This document shows, one piece after another, positions 1 to 13,200 of a stretch of 64,000 nucleotides of DNA; the first letter of the stretch is position 1, and every line of letters starts with the position of its first letter. The notes under the pieces were generated by a model that saw only the letters and a list, made by a program, of their open reading frames with translations, did not search any database and was not told where the DNA came from. This stretch comes from Ruditapes philippinarum (taxonomy: Eukaryota): positions 124,001 to 188,000 of the forward strand of contig NW_026859070.1 in NCBI RefSeq assembly GCF_026571515.1. Reading direction: 5' to 3'. The position numbers were made by a program, and so were the translations under genes.

Positions 1-134
1 CTTAGAACCATTTCCACATCTTAATTACTAGCTGGCACGTACCCATCGGAATTCGGTCATAGGACCGCAGACTGTGGCGCATCTTCCCGATCCTGTACAT
101 ACTATACCTACATGTATAATTATAACATTCTTCT

Positions 135-1326
135 CAAAGGGGTACGGCTCATTGAATGTTCACAAAATATGTATTTGATGGTAGAAAACATTTATCCTAA
201 GTCAGAAATGAATTCTAAGTCCATTCCCATTATACTATATACTAATATATAGACAAGGGTAACAACTCCCATAAGAAGGTGTCTATGCCCAATCAGGGTT
301 TTTGCCTCGCAGTTTTTTACACGATACAGCATAAATAAAAAGGAATTATGCTATTTGTAGTCGAATGATTTATCTATCGAACCAATGTAAAACTTTTCTT
401 ATATCTCTTATATTTAACGAGTACTGGCCGTCAAAGTAACAAAAAACTGTTCATTTTCGCGAGGTCGACATCGATCGTGGCTACGCAGGAAACACAAAGT
501 TACACGACTGTTGCAATCGTTGGAGATAATATCACAAGCATTTATCATGCTGGGCAATTAAAAATACATAAAAGTAATCAAAATATACCAATAACCTATA
601 ATGACAATATGATATAAACTCACCTGCGGCTTCAAAATATTTCCCCGTTGAAATTTCTATAAAACACCGCCATCTTGACGAATGTAAACAACCGTCATTT
701 GATTGGTCGATTTATTTCCCGAAAATATACCCGTAAATTTCCGAAAAATACCGACCAATCAGATGACGGTTGTTTACATTCGTCAAGATGGCGGTGTTTT
801 ATAGAAATTTCAACGGGGAAATATTTTGAAGCCGCAGGTGAGTTTATATCACATTGTCATTATAGGTTATTGGTATATTTTGATTACTTTTATGTATTTT
901 TAATTGCCCAGCATGATAAATGCTTGTGATATTATCTCCAACGATTGCAACAGTCGTGTAACTTTGTGTTTCCTGCGTAGCCACGATCGATGTCGACCTC
1001 GCGAAAATGAACAGTTTTTTGTTACTTTGACGGCCAGTACTCGTTAAATATAAGAGATATAAGAAAAGTTTTACATTGGTTCGATAGATAAATCATTCGA
1101 CTACAAATAGCATAATTCCTTTTTATTTATGCTGTATCGTGTAAAAAACTGCGAGGCAAAAACCCTGATTGGGCATAGACACCTTCTTATGGGAGTTGTT
1201 ACCCTTGTCTATATATTAGTATATAGTATAATGGGAATGGACTTAGAATTCTTTTCTGACTTAGGATAAATGTTTTCTACCATCAAATACATATTTTGTG
1301 AACATTCAATGAGCCGTACCCCTTTG
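135..1326. mobile_element. Foldback-type non-autonomous DNA transposon (hAT- or P-like), 1192 bp, in an intron of carboxypeptidase 1
   Basis: Arms 135-709 and 752-1326 are near-perfect reverse complements around a 42-bp spacer. Termini are CAAAGGGG...CCCCTTTG. An 8-bp TSD ATTCTTCT lies at 127-134 and 1327-1334. Confidence 0.9.
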
Positions 1327-1547
1327 ATTCTTCTGGTCTTTGATAATCTTTTTAATACGCTTTTATCATTGACATGGTCTGCTTGTTTGACCTGGTAGAT
1401 TTGGTATATTTTTTTAAATAGTATACCATTACGTGCCAAATTGAGATATAATTATGTAAAATGTTATCAAATACCGAAAAAAACATGATAAAATAACTTG
1501 TACAAAATCGTGAGATATTGTAATTTATTGCGGTCAAATGCTCTTAC

Positions 1548-4404
1548 CCTATCATCAACAAACGTGTACTCGTACCCGTCTGGGTTGGTAACCGGAAGTA
1601 TATACCAATCAAAACTGTCCACCATTTCCGTTACATCCGTATCAATCTTGTACCTATCAAGCATCTGAAAGATGAAGACAGTGCTAAAATGCACGGATAC
1701 ACTATGTCCTCGAAGACAGTGCTTAACTGACGGACAAACTTTGACCCGACATATATTTTACTTAAACAACATTGAAATTTCAAGAATTTTATGGGGAAGT
1801 TACGATTATAATTGCAACTAATTGACACTAAATATCTTAGTTAATAATCTTATTATCGTGCGAATATAAGAGTAGTTGATTTCCCTCTCAAAGTCTTATG
1901 GATACAAAAAAATGCCGAGCAACGGAGTCCGGAAGCCAGGAGCTATCTCTTTATGTTTTTTTTTAATCGAACTATGAACTAATTCAGAACTGGACAAGTT
2001 CATTTTACAAGTTTAGTCGTGTAAAGGTTCAACTTAAATTTTATGGTGGTTTATTTGTGTCATGTCGTATTTTTACTTCTCGGGTCACTTTGTCGTACTT
2101 TCGTCTGGCACCCCACAAAGCAAAAGGCGAAAATACGACAAAGTATTTTCACTTTGTGCCCCGCGGAGCGAAAGTATTAAAAATACGACAAATTGGTGAC
2201 TGTCGTATTACCGTGTGTTCGCCTTGCACACCGCGGAGCGAAAGTGTATACGACAAAATGTTGATTTTGTCGAATTTTCGTGTTTTTGTTCGGCGCACCG
2301 CGAAGCGAAAATGCGACATGACAGAAATCAGACACCGTAAAATTCTGACTCATCACCTTTAAACATGCTGACTAAGGGTTGTTTAATAAAATCATGTAAT
2401 ATTTTACCTGTCCAGCCATGTAAATAACTGTAGCTGGGGAGATCCACTCACGTGCATGAATACCTCCTTCAATCCAGAACGCTGGTCTGTCCGCATTCTG
2501 TGGCTGTGTACTAATCTAAAATATGATTTGGATACATATTTTTCTGTATTTTTGTTCTGTTTTTCTTGCATATTTTTCGAAAACTACATTTAAAGACAAA
2601 ATAATTTCTTTTATGCGCTTGTTTTTTAGGTATAAGAAACTGGATGTGCGACAACGTATATGTCAGTTTTGAAAGTTATGAGAGAAAGCTATTCAAAAAC
2701 CTTTTGATGAATAACATCTTTGAATTAAAAGACAGTACAAAATGTACACATTAAACGGAAATCCTTTACCAGAGGTCAACAATTTTATTCAATAAAATGA
2801 GCGAATAAGTTAAAAAATTTACATATTTTGTGATAACATTCCACATAATGGACAAAACCATTTTCCTTTTACTTGTACTACAAACTGGCCTTTGTGTAGA
2901 GGTGGCCTTTTTGGAGAATTTTACTGTCTTATTTATAATAGATCATATACCTTTATTCCAACCATTTCTCTCCCCTCATAAGACTTTGTTACGTTAAACA
3001 AGGTGGCCCGGTCTTTGTACACATTTGTTATATTCTGCATCCAGTCATAAATCTAACGAAATAAACAAATGAAAACATAATATTGTTTCATTATTATTGT
3101 AATATATAAGAAAAGATTGTCCTTTACTAAGGGCGCTCACTGAACTATTCATATACAATGTAGATATCCAGGCAGAATGAAAACTTTTTAAAACTTTGCA
3201 TGAATAGGTTAACAGAAATTATTAAAGCGCACTTCTTTTGATGTGTCAGTTCTTAAATTTGAATTTTCAGACCCAGTGAGATTCTATAATGTGATTTGAC
3301 AGAAACCGTCTGATCGCCGACAAATTCTATGTCACAGACAATAAAAAACAAGAACGTTTTTCCTTTTCTTTTCATACACGAATGCACGTGCGATAACTGA
3401 AAAATTATGTATATTTATACTTACATCGTCTAACCTGTGGTATTTTGTGTAGTCAAATTCGTTGGCTTTGGACTCTCTAATATTTCTGTAGGCCTTTTGT
3501 TCATCAATTATTTGCTGAACATTCTCAATCATGATTTTAACGGACATGTCTTGTTCCAGCAGATAATTTGTGACGTCATCATATTCAAACGGTGACAGAC
3601 GAATATCTACGGAATTGTTAACGCTTGATGGGGCACGCCATACGTCCAAGTGCTGCAAATAAAAGTCATATGAAAAAAGTTACTACCATAAACATGTGAC
3701 TAAATATACTTAAGATATAATAGGTGACAGTACTCCGGAGGTGACAAGATTTTGTTAGTCCTTGTCTTTAAAAAGTGGAATGTTTGTCTTAAGCATGCGT
3801 AATGCATAATCTGATTCCCCAACCCCACCTCAAAGTATTTGAAAACAAGGAGATTACTTGACTTACCTGTTCTTCTGACAGGAGATTCTGTAAAAGTTTC
3901 ACTTCCGGAACGCTATGCGGAATTACTCTTATCACTTTATGCCTGAAATAATGTAAATTTCTTAAAGAGAGGATGCGGCTTGTTTTTAACGTGAACGCAA
4001 TCACTATTTTGATTTAGATTTGCCTGCTTTCGCTCCAGACAAAGATTCGTTTTTAAAAACGCTTTATATAGCCTGGTTACAACAGTAAGTAAATAACAAA
4101 CCTGTGTTACCAATAATATTACAGTCAAGCAAGCCTGTTTATCCGTAAACGCCAATTTTATTTAATCGTACAGGTGATCAAAGACGATTATAAGATTTTC
4201 ACACTAATTAGAATGATCAAATGCTTTACAGGATGAAAAAAAGAATAATATTAGATTTAAAAATTATTTTTGTCTCAACGAAAATAATATTATATCTAAA
4301 ATTGAGGAGATTCAAACTTACCCAGCAAACGGCCCGTGCCCCAGCGTTCCATGAAGCCCAAGCAATGGTAACACGAAAACGGCTAACACTTTCAACGTTT
4401 CCAT
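1548..4404 (-). CDS. M14A procarboxypeptidase A/B-like, copy 1 (first six exons; the 3' part lies left of the window)
   Basis: Exons 4322-4404 (signal peptide METLKVLAVFVLPLLGLHG), 3867-3942, 3425-3652 (propeptide LDVWRAP), 2951-3052 (SYEGR), 2408-2515 (GGIHAREWISPA, zinc motif) and 1548-1664 (PVTNPDGY). All junctions are GT-AG and phase-compatible. Confidence 0.93.
2042..2339. mobile_element. IS3EU-type MITE, 298 bp
   Basis: Imperfect ~32-bp TIRs TATGGTG..TGTCATGTCG and CGACATGACA..CACCGTA, with internal CGACAAA/GCGAAA repeats. Flanking 6-mers AAATTT and AAATTC form a TSD with one mismatch. Confidence 0.65.
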
Positions 4405-5373
4405 TTTTAAATAAGTGAATTAAGTGATCTTATTTTTTAAATTCAGATATTTATACTCGTGTTTGAACTATAAAATCATGCGATAAACCGTGGTGCATGT
4501 ACCAGTTTTTGGTATGGTCTAGATTTAAACGTAATAATTATATCTGATAATAGGGACATACGATATGTTTAATTTTGTTCTGTATTGACTTACTTCAAGT
4601 GGAATAAGATTAAATGATAGCAAATCTCAACGATTACCCATTATCCAAAGTTTGAATGAAAGGGGCGGAAAATCACGATTGAATAGGGTATATTATAGCT
4701 ATGGTGTCAGTTTTCAGTCGGGCATACTTCCTGATCGGGAAACAAGGGGATTCCCCTTCAAGGCTTCCCGATCAGGCCGCAAACGTCAAAATCCTTCCCG
4801 ATCGGGAAGTTTATTGGCCTTTTTACGTAGTTCAGGAAAAATGGCCGGTGCATAATAGTTTTCAACCCACTACAATATATGAATATCACATTTAAGTGCA
4901 GAAAAGATATATCTAAAATCCTACCGAGTCATTTTCTTTTAAAATGTCTAAAATTAAAATAATCTGAAAGTGAATTTGAGTGAAGTTTTACGATTTTACT
5001 AAGAAGTAGCTGCTTCCCGTTTTGGAAACACTGTTTCCTGATCAGGCATCTAGCATAATATTCACCATTAAATGTTTCCTGTTTGGAAAGTTTTATTCTT
5101 TAAGTTAGCGCGTTCTATTCTGGAATTATTTCGTGTTGATTGAGATTGCTTGGGACAACACCAACAAATAAAGTTATCTGTGCAACAAATCAACATGTGA
5201 GTCATGGTTTGAATGTTTTGAAGTCTGGTGTGCCTAGCAGTTCAGATACAAATGATAGCATCATAGGTGGTGTCTTCTCAAATTTTGTAAAAACGAATAT
5301 TCAAATATATTCGAATATGTAAAAACGAATATTCTAACATCAATTTTATTATTCGTTCCCGGCCCTAGTTATT

Positions 5374-7521
5374 TTTATTATGCCCCACTTCGAAGAAGAG
5401 CGGGTATATTGATTTGCTTATGTCCACACAATATATGTATGACTATAAATTGTATGTATATAGAGGATATTGAATGAGTGTAGTTTAATACTAAATTTAT
5501 TGAACGAGTTGAATAAAATCATATTATTCGAGCCTCTGGCGAGCATAATATTGTTTTATTCAACGAGTTCAATAAATTTAGTATTGAATCTACACGAATA
5601 TAATATTCTATTTACAAGAACGGTAAACTGTTAAAATGAGTAATTTTTCAATGACGCGTTTATAGAGTAACGCTAACATTAGCGCGCTTTAACGCTATGT
5701 TTCTATATAGCGCAAATGACGTCACGTCAAAGTGTTATTACACTAGTGTAATAGCGTTTTTATTAAATAGAGGATATTGAATGAGTGTAAGTTCAATACT
5801 GAATTTATTTCACGAGTTGAATAAAATTATATTATGCGAGCCTCTGGCGAGCATAATATTATTTTATTCAACGAGTGCAATAAATTCAGTATGGAACTTA
5901 CATGAATTTAATATTCTATTTATCACATACCCAAAATAAAGACTAAGAGTCATATTTCATTGACGCGCCTATATTATAGCGCTAACATTTAGCACTCTTT
6001 ACACTATGTTTGTATAACGCTAATGACGTCACGTCAAAATATATGCACGGCCGTGCAATACCATATTTACGGAGTCGCAAAATCGGCACGGGTGTGTGAT
6101 AAATGGCTTTATTACATTCCTGCGCCGCGATTTATGTGATAAACAATTTTATGTTGAATAAAATATATGTTATGTTATGTTAATGTTGGTCCGTCAGTAC
6201 ATCGGTAGACCTCAGTTATTATCTTAAAAACTATTTATCACATAGTCTTCATATTTTACATACTAATTGGTCATAACTATAGTAGGTGAAACATATTGAT
6301 TTCAAAGCTTTGTCAAAGGTCAAGGTCACAGGGACCCTAAATGTCAGAATGGTTTCCGCTCATTATCTTGAAAAAAAAAACTATTTCTCACAAAGTCTTT
6401 ATATTCCCAAATTAATTAGTCATATGCTGTAGATGACTCCTATGATTTTGTGGTCACTAGTTCAAAGGTCAAGGTCACAGGGGCCTTAAATGTGGGAATG
6501 GTTTAAGCTCATTATCTTGAAAACTATCTATCACTAAGTCATTATATTTCACATATTGATTGGTCGTAAGTATAGATTACCCTATCAATTTTGGGGTCTT
6601 TAGGTCAATGGTCAAGGTCACAGGGACCTTAAGTATGTTTGTTTATCCGTCGTTAGACCACATTGTTTCTGCTGATTATCTTAAAAACTATTTATCAAAT
6701 AGTCTTCATATTTCATATATTGATTGGTCAAAACTATTAAATAACCTATATTGATTTTGGTGTTAACTAGCGTAAAGGTCAAAGTTACAGGTGTTTTAAA
6801 TTTCGGAATGGTTTCCGCTCATTATCTTGAAAACTATTTATCAGAAAGTCTTCATATTTCACACATTGATTGGTCATAACTAGAAAATGACCCTTTTTGA
6901 TTTTGGATTCACTAGGTCAAAGGTCAAGGTCACAGTGACTTGAATGTCAAAATGGTTTCCGCACAATATTTCGAAAAGTATTTATGACAAAGTTTTCCTA
7001 TTTCATGTGTTGATTAGTCATATGTGGTAAATGACCCTTATTGATTTTGGGGTCACCAGTTTAAAGGTAACAGGGTCCTTAAATGTCAGGATGGTTTCCG
7101 TTCACTATTTTGAAAACTATTTATCACTAAATCTTTTATATTTCACTTATTGATTGGTTATAATTAGAAGATGACCCCTGTCGATTTTGAGGTCTTTAGG
7201 TCAAAGGTCACAAGGACGTTAAATGTCAGAATGGTTTCTACTCATTATATTCAAAACTACCCGTTATCAAGTTTTTGTGTTTCACATTTTAATTGCTCAT
7301 AACTTGTAGATGGCCCCTATTGATTTTGAGATCACTAGGTCAGAGGACAAGGTCACAATAACCTTGAATGTTCAAAGTAGATGCCCATAGTTACATTTAT
7401 ATGATAAAATATATATTATTCCAGCTACTCTCCATTTTGTTTAACTTACTTATGATAGATTTCATTCAATTTCAGCTAGAAAGGGGGGGGGGGCATATAT
7501 GTCATTATGATATTTCTTGTT
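5374..7521 (+). mobile_element. Helentron-associated (HINE/pearl-CvA-like) element with an internal ~145-bp satellite array, interrupted by a nested repeat at ~5430-6180
   Basis: 5' end TTATGCCCCACTTCGAAGAAGAGCGGGTATAT. About 8 monomers marked by TCAAAGGTCAAGGTCAC at ~6314, 6462, 6607, 6773, 6917, 7061, 7201 and 7339. 3' end GGGGGGCATAT...TTCTTGTT. Confidence 0.7.
5460..6105 (+). repeat. Two tandem copies of a hairpin-containing dispersed repeat; a third, inverted copy is at 22628-22933
   Basis: Units start ATAGAGGATATTGAATGAGTG at ~5460 and ~5768. Each has an internal palindrome centred on GAGCCTCTGGCGAG. Confidence 0.75.
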
Positions 7522-10290
7522 TTATTTTTTTATTTTGTCTTATATTTTATTCATTTTTTAAAATTAAAGTGCCTTAAAGGGTATGTTCTATATCTTATTA
7601 CCATATAAATTACCATATTTATTTCATACAATCATTTTGGAAGTATACTTTTTTAAAATTTAAACAATAATTTTGCATCTGATATATACACTTAAGTTTC
7701 AGAAAACAGAAATATGACACAGTCACTACAAACACATGAAGTATGCAAACACGTCTTAAGCTATAGCCAAAAAAAAATATTTATGTGAGCTCTAGTCAAC
7801 ATTTAACTTAATTATTTGAGCTGCATGTTAATTGTTTTGAGAAATTACACTCTATGCAATGTTGTAATGATGATTTTTGTACTGTCCGTCAAGTATAGCT
7901 AATGTTTTGATAGGTATTATTACGCCTAACAAGAACATAAGTTTCGCCAGATATATTCCACTCGTCGTTGAATTATGTGCCACATGTCTTTAAAAACTGA
8001 CCAGGCTTGGCAATTTCTAATCAGCAAGGCCAGGTACTACTACATGTTAAGAGAGAATTGTAATGATTGTAAGCTTGAGACCAAATCTACACTTGATATA
8101 TTTTTTGCTTCCAATCGCCGACCAATCATTGCCTGGTGATAAAAACATTATTTTCTTTTCGCAGCCGTCTGTTGGCATATGAAAGGTTTCATTATCAAGA
8201 AAATTCTAGAAAACATTAAACAAACTTTACGGCAATCCTCGATGCATTTATCGATATATATATATGTCAGAAGCAAATTCGAAATGTATGATTGCAGACT
8301 TCTAAAGAGATCCACAATTCCTAGACAAATTGGTTGTGTATGAATGACTAGAGCGCCAGATTGTCATATAAAACGTAATTTGAATTTTAAAACCCAATCT
8401 GAATCGCCTACAATACAGTAAATATGTTTTTGAAGTTATCTTTGGGGTTTTTAGAGAATCAAAAAGTGTTCTTGTGAATGCCCATGTGGTGGCTGCTATG
8501 GAGAATTTCTTAGCAAGTTCTTATGAAGACAAACAATCTCAAATGTTAAGACTGAAACGGAATCTATCGTACCAAACAATATCAAAGCAAAACCTAGGAC
8601 TTTTGTAGCTGGGTTTGAAGAATGTATTTATGTTAATAAAAATACGTTAACAATTGATTGCAAAGGCAGTATCGACAGCTTTGTACAATGAAAAACCATT
8701 TGAACAAGGCAAACTTGGTAAGAAAAATTATACAAAGGTAAGACTGCAAATGTTGTATTTCATTATGTGGATATATTGTACATCCAGTAACGCAGGAATG
8801 TGCAAATAACGTAAAAGTAACATCGAATATGTGCAATACTATGGCCAAAACGAGTAACAAGGTAGGTAAACGAACCAAATATTTTATTGTAAACCAAATC
8901 AAAATGTATGGCTGCTATGGCATAACATTTTAACCAAACATTTCGAGAAATAATGTTTACTTTTTAAGCGTAAGATGACCCAAGAAGTTTGGCAAATGTC
9001 TCGGATACACTGAATATATAAAGCCACAATGCAATATATATTGTATAATACAAAGCTATCGATGAAGCACATTAAGTCGCACCCCATACGCTAGCCAGGT
9101 TGTCATTACCAGGAATGATCATGAAAAATAATCACTTCTATGGAGCGATTTTTGATGAGATTTAAAATATAAATTCTCAGCAACCGTATGCTTTAATTCA
9201 TTTCAATCAATTAGATTACAATAAAAATGTTGGTTCATTTTCTTTGCTTGGTGCTCGTATCCACCATATAATTGTACACTTCTGCGAAATTCCTATCTAC
9301 AACGTGTATTTGATAACAGCCAAAAATGGAACAGAGAAAATAGCAATGCTGGTGGGGAGTGTCTGGGCTTTGGTCATTTTTAGAAGTCTGTGGAAAGTAT
9401 TTAAACGACGTATATAGAAGAGTTGCTGCTCATTTGTACGTTTTATAGCTATGGGATAAGATTTATTTTGACGAAACGTATTACTTTGTTATAACTGCAT
9501 TGTTTTGGTAAACACAAAGAAGGGACACAGGAGTCAAAGACATCAAGATATGAATTGCAGACACGACGGACCTTTACAACTTTGGATTGTTGAAACTATT
9601 AATCCATTAAGATGTTAACATATTCGTGTTTCGCACTAATGACCGTCTCGTATCAAGGTAATAATTATACGCAGTACAACTTTTGAGCAGTTTATTTACT
9701 TTATGCATCTCACTCTTGTACACATTCAATTTCACTAGTTTTTTTTAAAACAAACAAGTCGACCATAAGAGATTTTAGAATACGAAATCACACCGTGCTT
9801 TACACATTGTTAGTCGATGTTTTGATCAATTAAACAGAGATTGTATATACACTTAAGTGGAGCAAATAAAATGACGAAACAACAAAGCCAGGATATGTTT
9901 TGCAATTTATTCCTCAAAATTACAATATCAATATTATGCATCAGAACATTTAGATCACATACACAATTATTATGAAATATTAAAATAAATTGTCATGGAA
10001 AAAATCTTAAAATGTTTTTGTGCGTTATATTGAGTTAAATATACCAATAATTTTGCATAATATTATCATTTGCTTTCAAATATATTATTTATTTAGCAAA
10101 TAGAATGTATTTGAACACATCATTTACAATCTGCTTAAATTTTCTTATTTCTCCGTATTCTGCACATACTTTTATATACATGTATAATATATAAAAATTG
10201 GTCCGCACGCATGATAATAATTCTGCAAATAATTATCGTTTGAATATACAATATATCACTTTACCCGCACGTATTTTCTACTACAATATC

Positions 10291-13200
10291 CTAATTATTT
10301 CGAACATATTTTGCAAGCGCTTTAAGAGCCTCCAGCGTTTCTTTCCCGCTCGGTATAATTTGGTCGTCTGGTAGCAAGAAGCCGTACTTTCCGTCATCTC
10401 TCAGCTGTACGTCATAGGCAAATTTCGCCCCCAGTTTTCCGTAAACCCAGTCAACACCAAGGCCACTAGCAACAGCTGATTACAGAATAGAAAATGAATA
10501 ATGTCACGACAAAACCAACATAATGGGTTTGCGACCAGCATGGATCCAGACCAGCCTGCGCATCTGCGCAGTCTGATCAGGATCCATGCTGTTCGCTTAC
10601 AAACCCTATAGCAAGTAGGGAGTCTGATAGCGAACAGCATGGATCCTGATCAGACTGCGCGTAAGCGCAGGCTGGTCTGGATCCATGCTGGTCACAAACC
10701 CATTATGTTGGTTTTGTCATGGCACGGCTCAAATAAATAATGTCAAATGTTGGTTTATAACATTCCGTAAACAAGCGGTGGTACATATTTTTTAGTTTAT
10801 ACAAATTTATTTTAGTTCGATTGAGTTAGAAGCTATCAGCTTATTGAAAAAAACACTCGAATCCGTTCCTAGAACCAACCAGTACTAAGCAATGAATATA
10901 AAGTTTTTTTTGCTCAAGGAACAACGGCTCTTGTCTCTGACAGGGTTTGAACCCACGCGCTGAACTTATTCCAATAGGTATATATGCTTGCGTTTTTTTA
11001 ACTTTTATTTTCATTTATATTACCACTTTTCTCGGCGATAAATCATCACAATCGCAGTTGTATAGCTTTAGTGATACAATTTATGCAAATGTTGTCGCTC
11101 ATATTTATTAGCCGTCTTGCCACTACATCATATGGTAGTGTAATAATTAACAATGTGCAGCCTGACCGAGACTCGACCCGGTACCCTCGGAAGTAGTGAA
11201 CAGTTCAATACTGTGACATATTGTATTTCAATTTTGTTTTAGATAATGAAATCAGCAGTCTTAAAAAATAAATAGATAAATAAAAATTGTATTAGAAATG
11301 TATTATAACTCACAGGCTCGGTTAGCGATTTCTCCATGTGCAAATTTGGTACCATAAACTTGTTCCAATGCTTTGACGGCCACTGTTGACCCTTCATCCT
11401 GAAATAAAGGGAGATAAATCTTGAAAAGAATATTTAAATCTTAAAAGGAATATTTAAAATAAATGCATGTACTTAAAAAACTGAAATATTCTTGATAACG
11501 GACGTACAGGGTGATCCAAAATATCTGTAATTATTGGGTAGGGCAGTATTGAATTTCGTGCATTTATTTCAATACGCATGCAAATCTTTGTTCCGTCCAT
11601 GTACCGTTGATTCTGAGTAGTAAACTAAACCGGATAGTTTCATTGCTTGAAATAAATAAATAAATAAATAATAATAATTATTATAATTATAATAATAAAA
11701 TCAGTAAAAGTGGCAATATGACTATTGTCTGTGTCTAACTCGCATCGAATCCTTGCCGTTTCTCTTCAGATTTTGCGGTAGGGTTTATATCCGTCCAGTT
11801 ACGCAAAAGGTTACTCTAGTTGTTTATTCACACACCCATCAGCGATTTATAGTAACAACTAGCTTTTGATTCCAATAAAACGAAAATTCAATATAAAAGT
11901 AAAGGTTGCTATTATATCAGTTATGTATACAATCATAATTTTATAAGATAGAAACACTGTGATAAGTATCCTTTTTTAGATCAACACCATGCACATTACA
12001 GCGGGTTGTCAGAGAAGACAACTCAAACTATGGAAGAAGTCATGATTAGATCAAGGGAGTTATAAAAAAATTAAATTGGCAGCCATTTTGAGGACAGCTC
12101 GTATTACGTATCAGACGAGGAAATTTTAGCCACATTCAAATGTTACCTGGATTTTGAAATCGACCGGAAGTGTGTTGGTCGATGCCCAGGGTGACAACCA
12201 TTGTTGTGTGTAGCTGTGAAAATTTATGAACCCTTTAAGGTTTTCAATTTTGCTCATATAATCAGCAACTCCTTTGATTTCAACTTCGGAGAAAGCGTTA
12301 GGCCCGCAGTAAATGTTTGAACATGGGTCTTTGCTCGCTCCTGACTCTGTAATAGATAATTGGGTCAAAAAGTGTTTATATGAAACATTGTTAAAGGAAT
12401 TTACATAGGACACACTTGACTTGTTTTTCAATCCGAGAAATTTTCACTGCGTATGCTTTTATACTTCATATTCATGTTGTTACAATTTGAAAATATAATA
12501 TTTTTTAAAAATAAACAGCTTTCCAGTATCATATACCGTTGATCTTAATTAAATGCAAATAGGTTAACGATTTTATTGTGCAGAGCGCAAGAACCGCCTT
12601 CTACAACATTTATTAGATCTATAACATTAGATTATTTCACTTGATTCATTTCCCTTAGTTTAACCCTTTTTTGTCACATTACAAGATATTTCATATCATT
12701 TCACAAAGCATTTTTTTATTATATCAGATCAACGTAAAGGTTTTGCAAAAAATATCTCAAGCTCCATATTTTCGTGACTTACTACACCAGTCCCAGTCCC
12801 AGTTCCTATTGGCGTCAACACCACGACAGGCACCATGCTTTGATCGGGTCTTTCTCCACAAACGTGTCTAGAAAAAAATGTAATATACTTTTTAGTAAAT
12901 CTCTGTAAGTGGAAGTTGCAAAATATTCCGAAAACGACCGGAAGAGACTTTTCTTCTAATATGACATTATGGCACCATATCATAGAGTATTTTTACACCA
13001 TGTATACACGACAGTAAAGCAAAACAGTTGCCAATAGTTAAAACAGATTGTAATGCAGCGCGTACACTCAATATAGTACGCAAATAATGGTAAGTATGAC
13101 AAAAGCAAATTGGCTGGGCAAAGAAACAACATTAAACAACAATATCGTACAGCAATAGCATAGGCCCTTCCCAAAAATGAATATAAGGCTATAGAAAATA

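Noticed and set aside
675-1439. Short ORFs in the palindrome
   Set aside because: No protein motifs; they lie within foldback arms in an intron.
4690-5090. TATGG start followed by TTCCCGATC(A/G)GG repeats, a possible further transposon end
   Set aside because: I could not find a matching right end or TSD.
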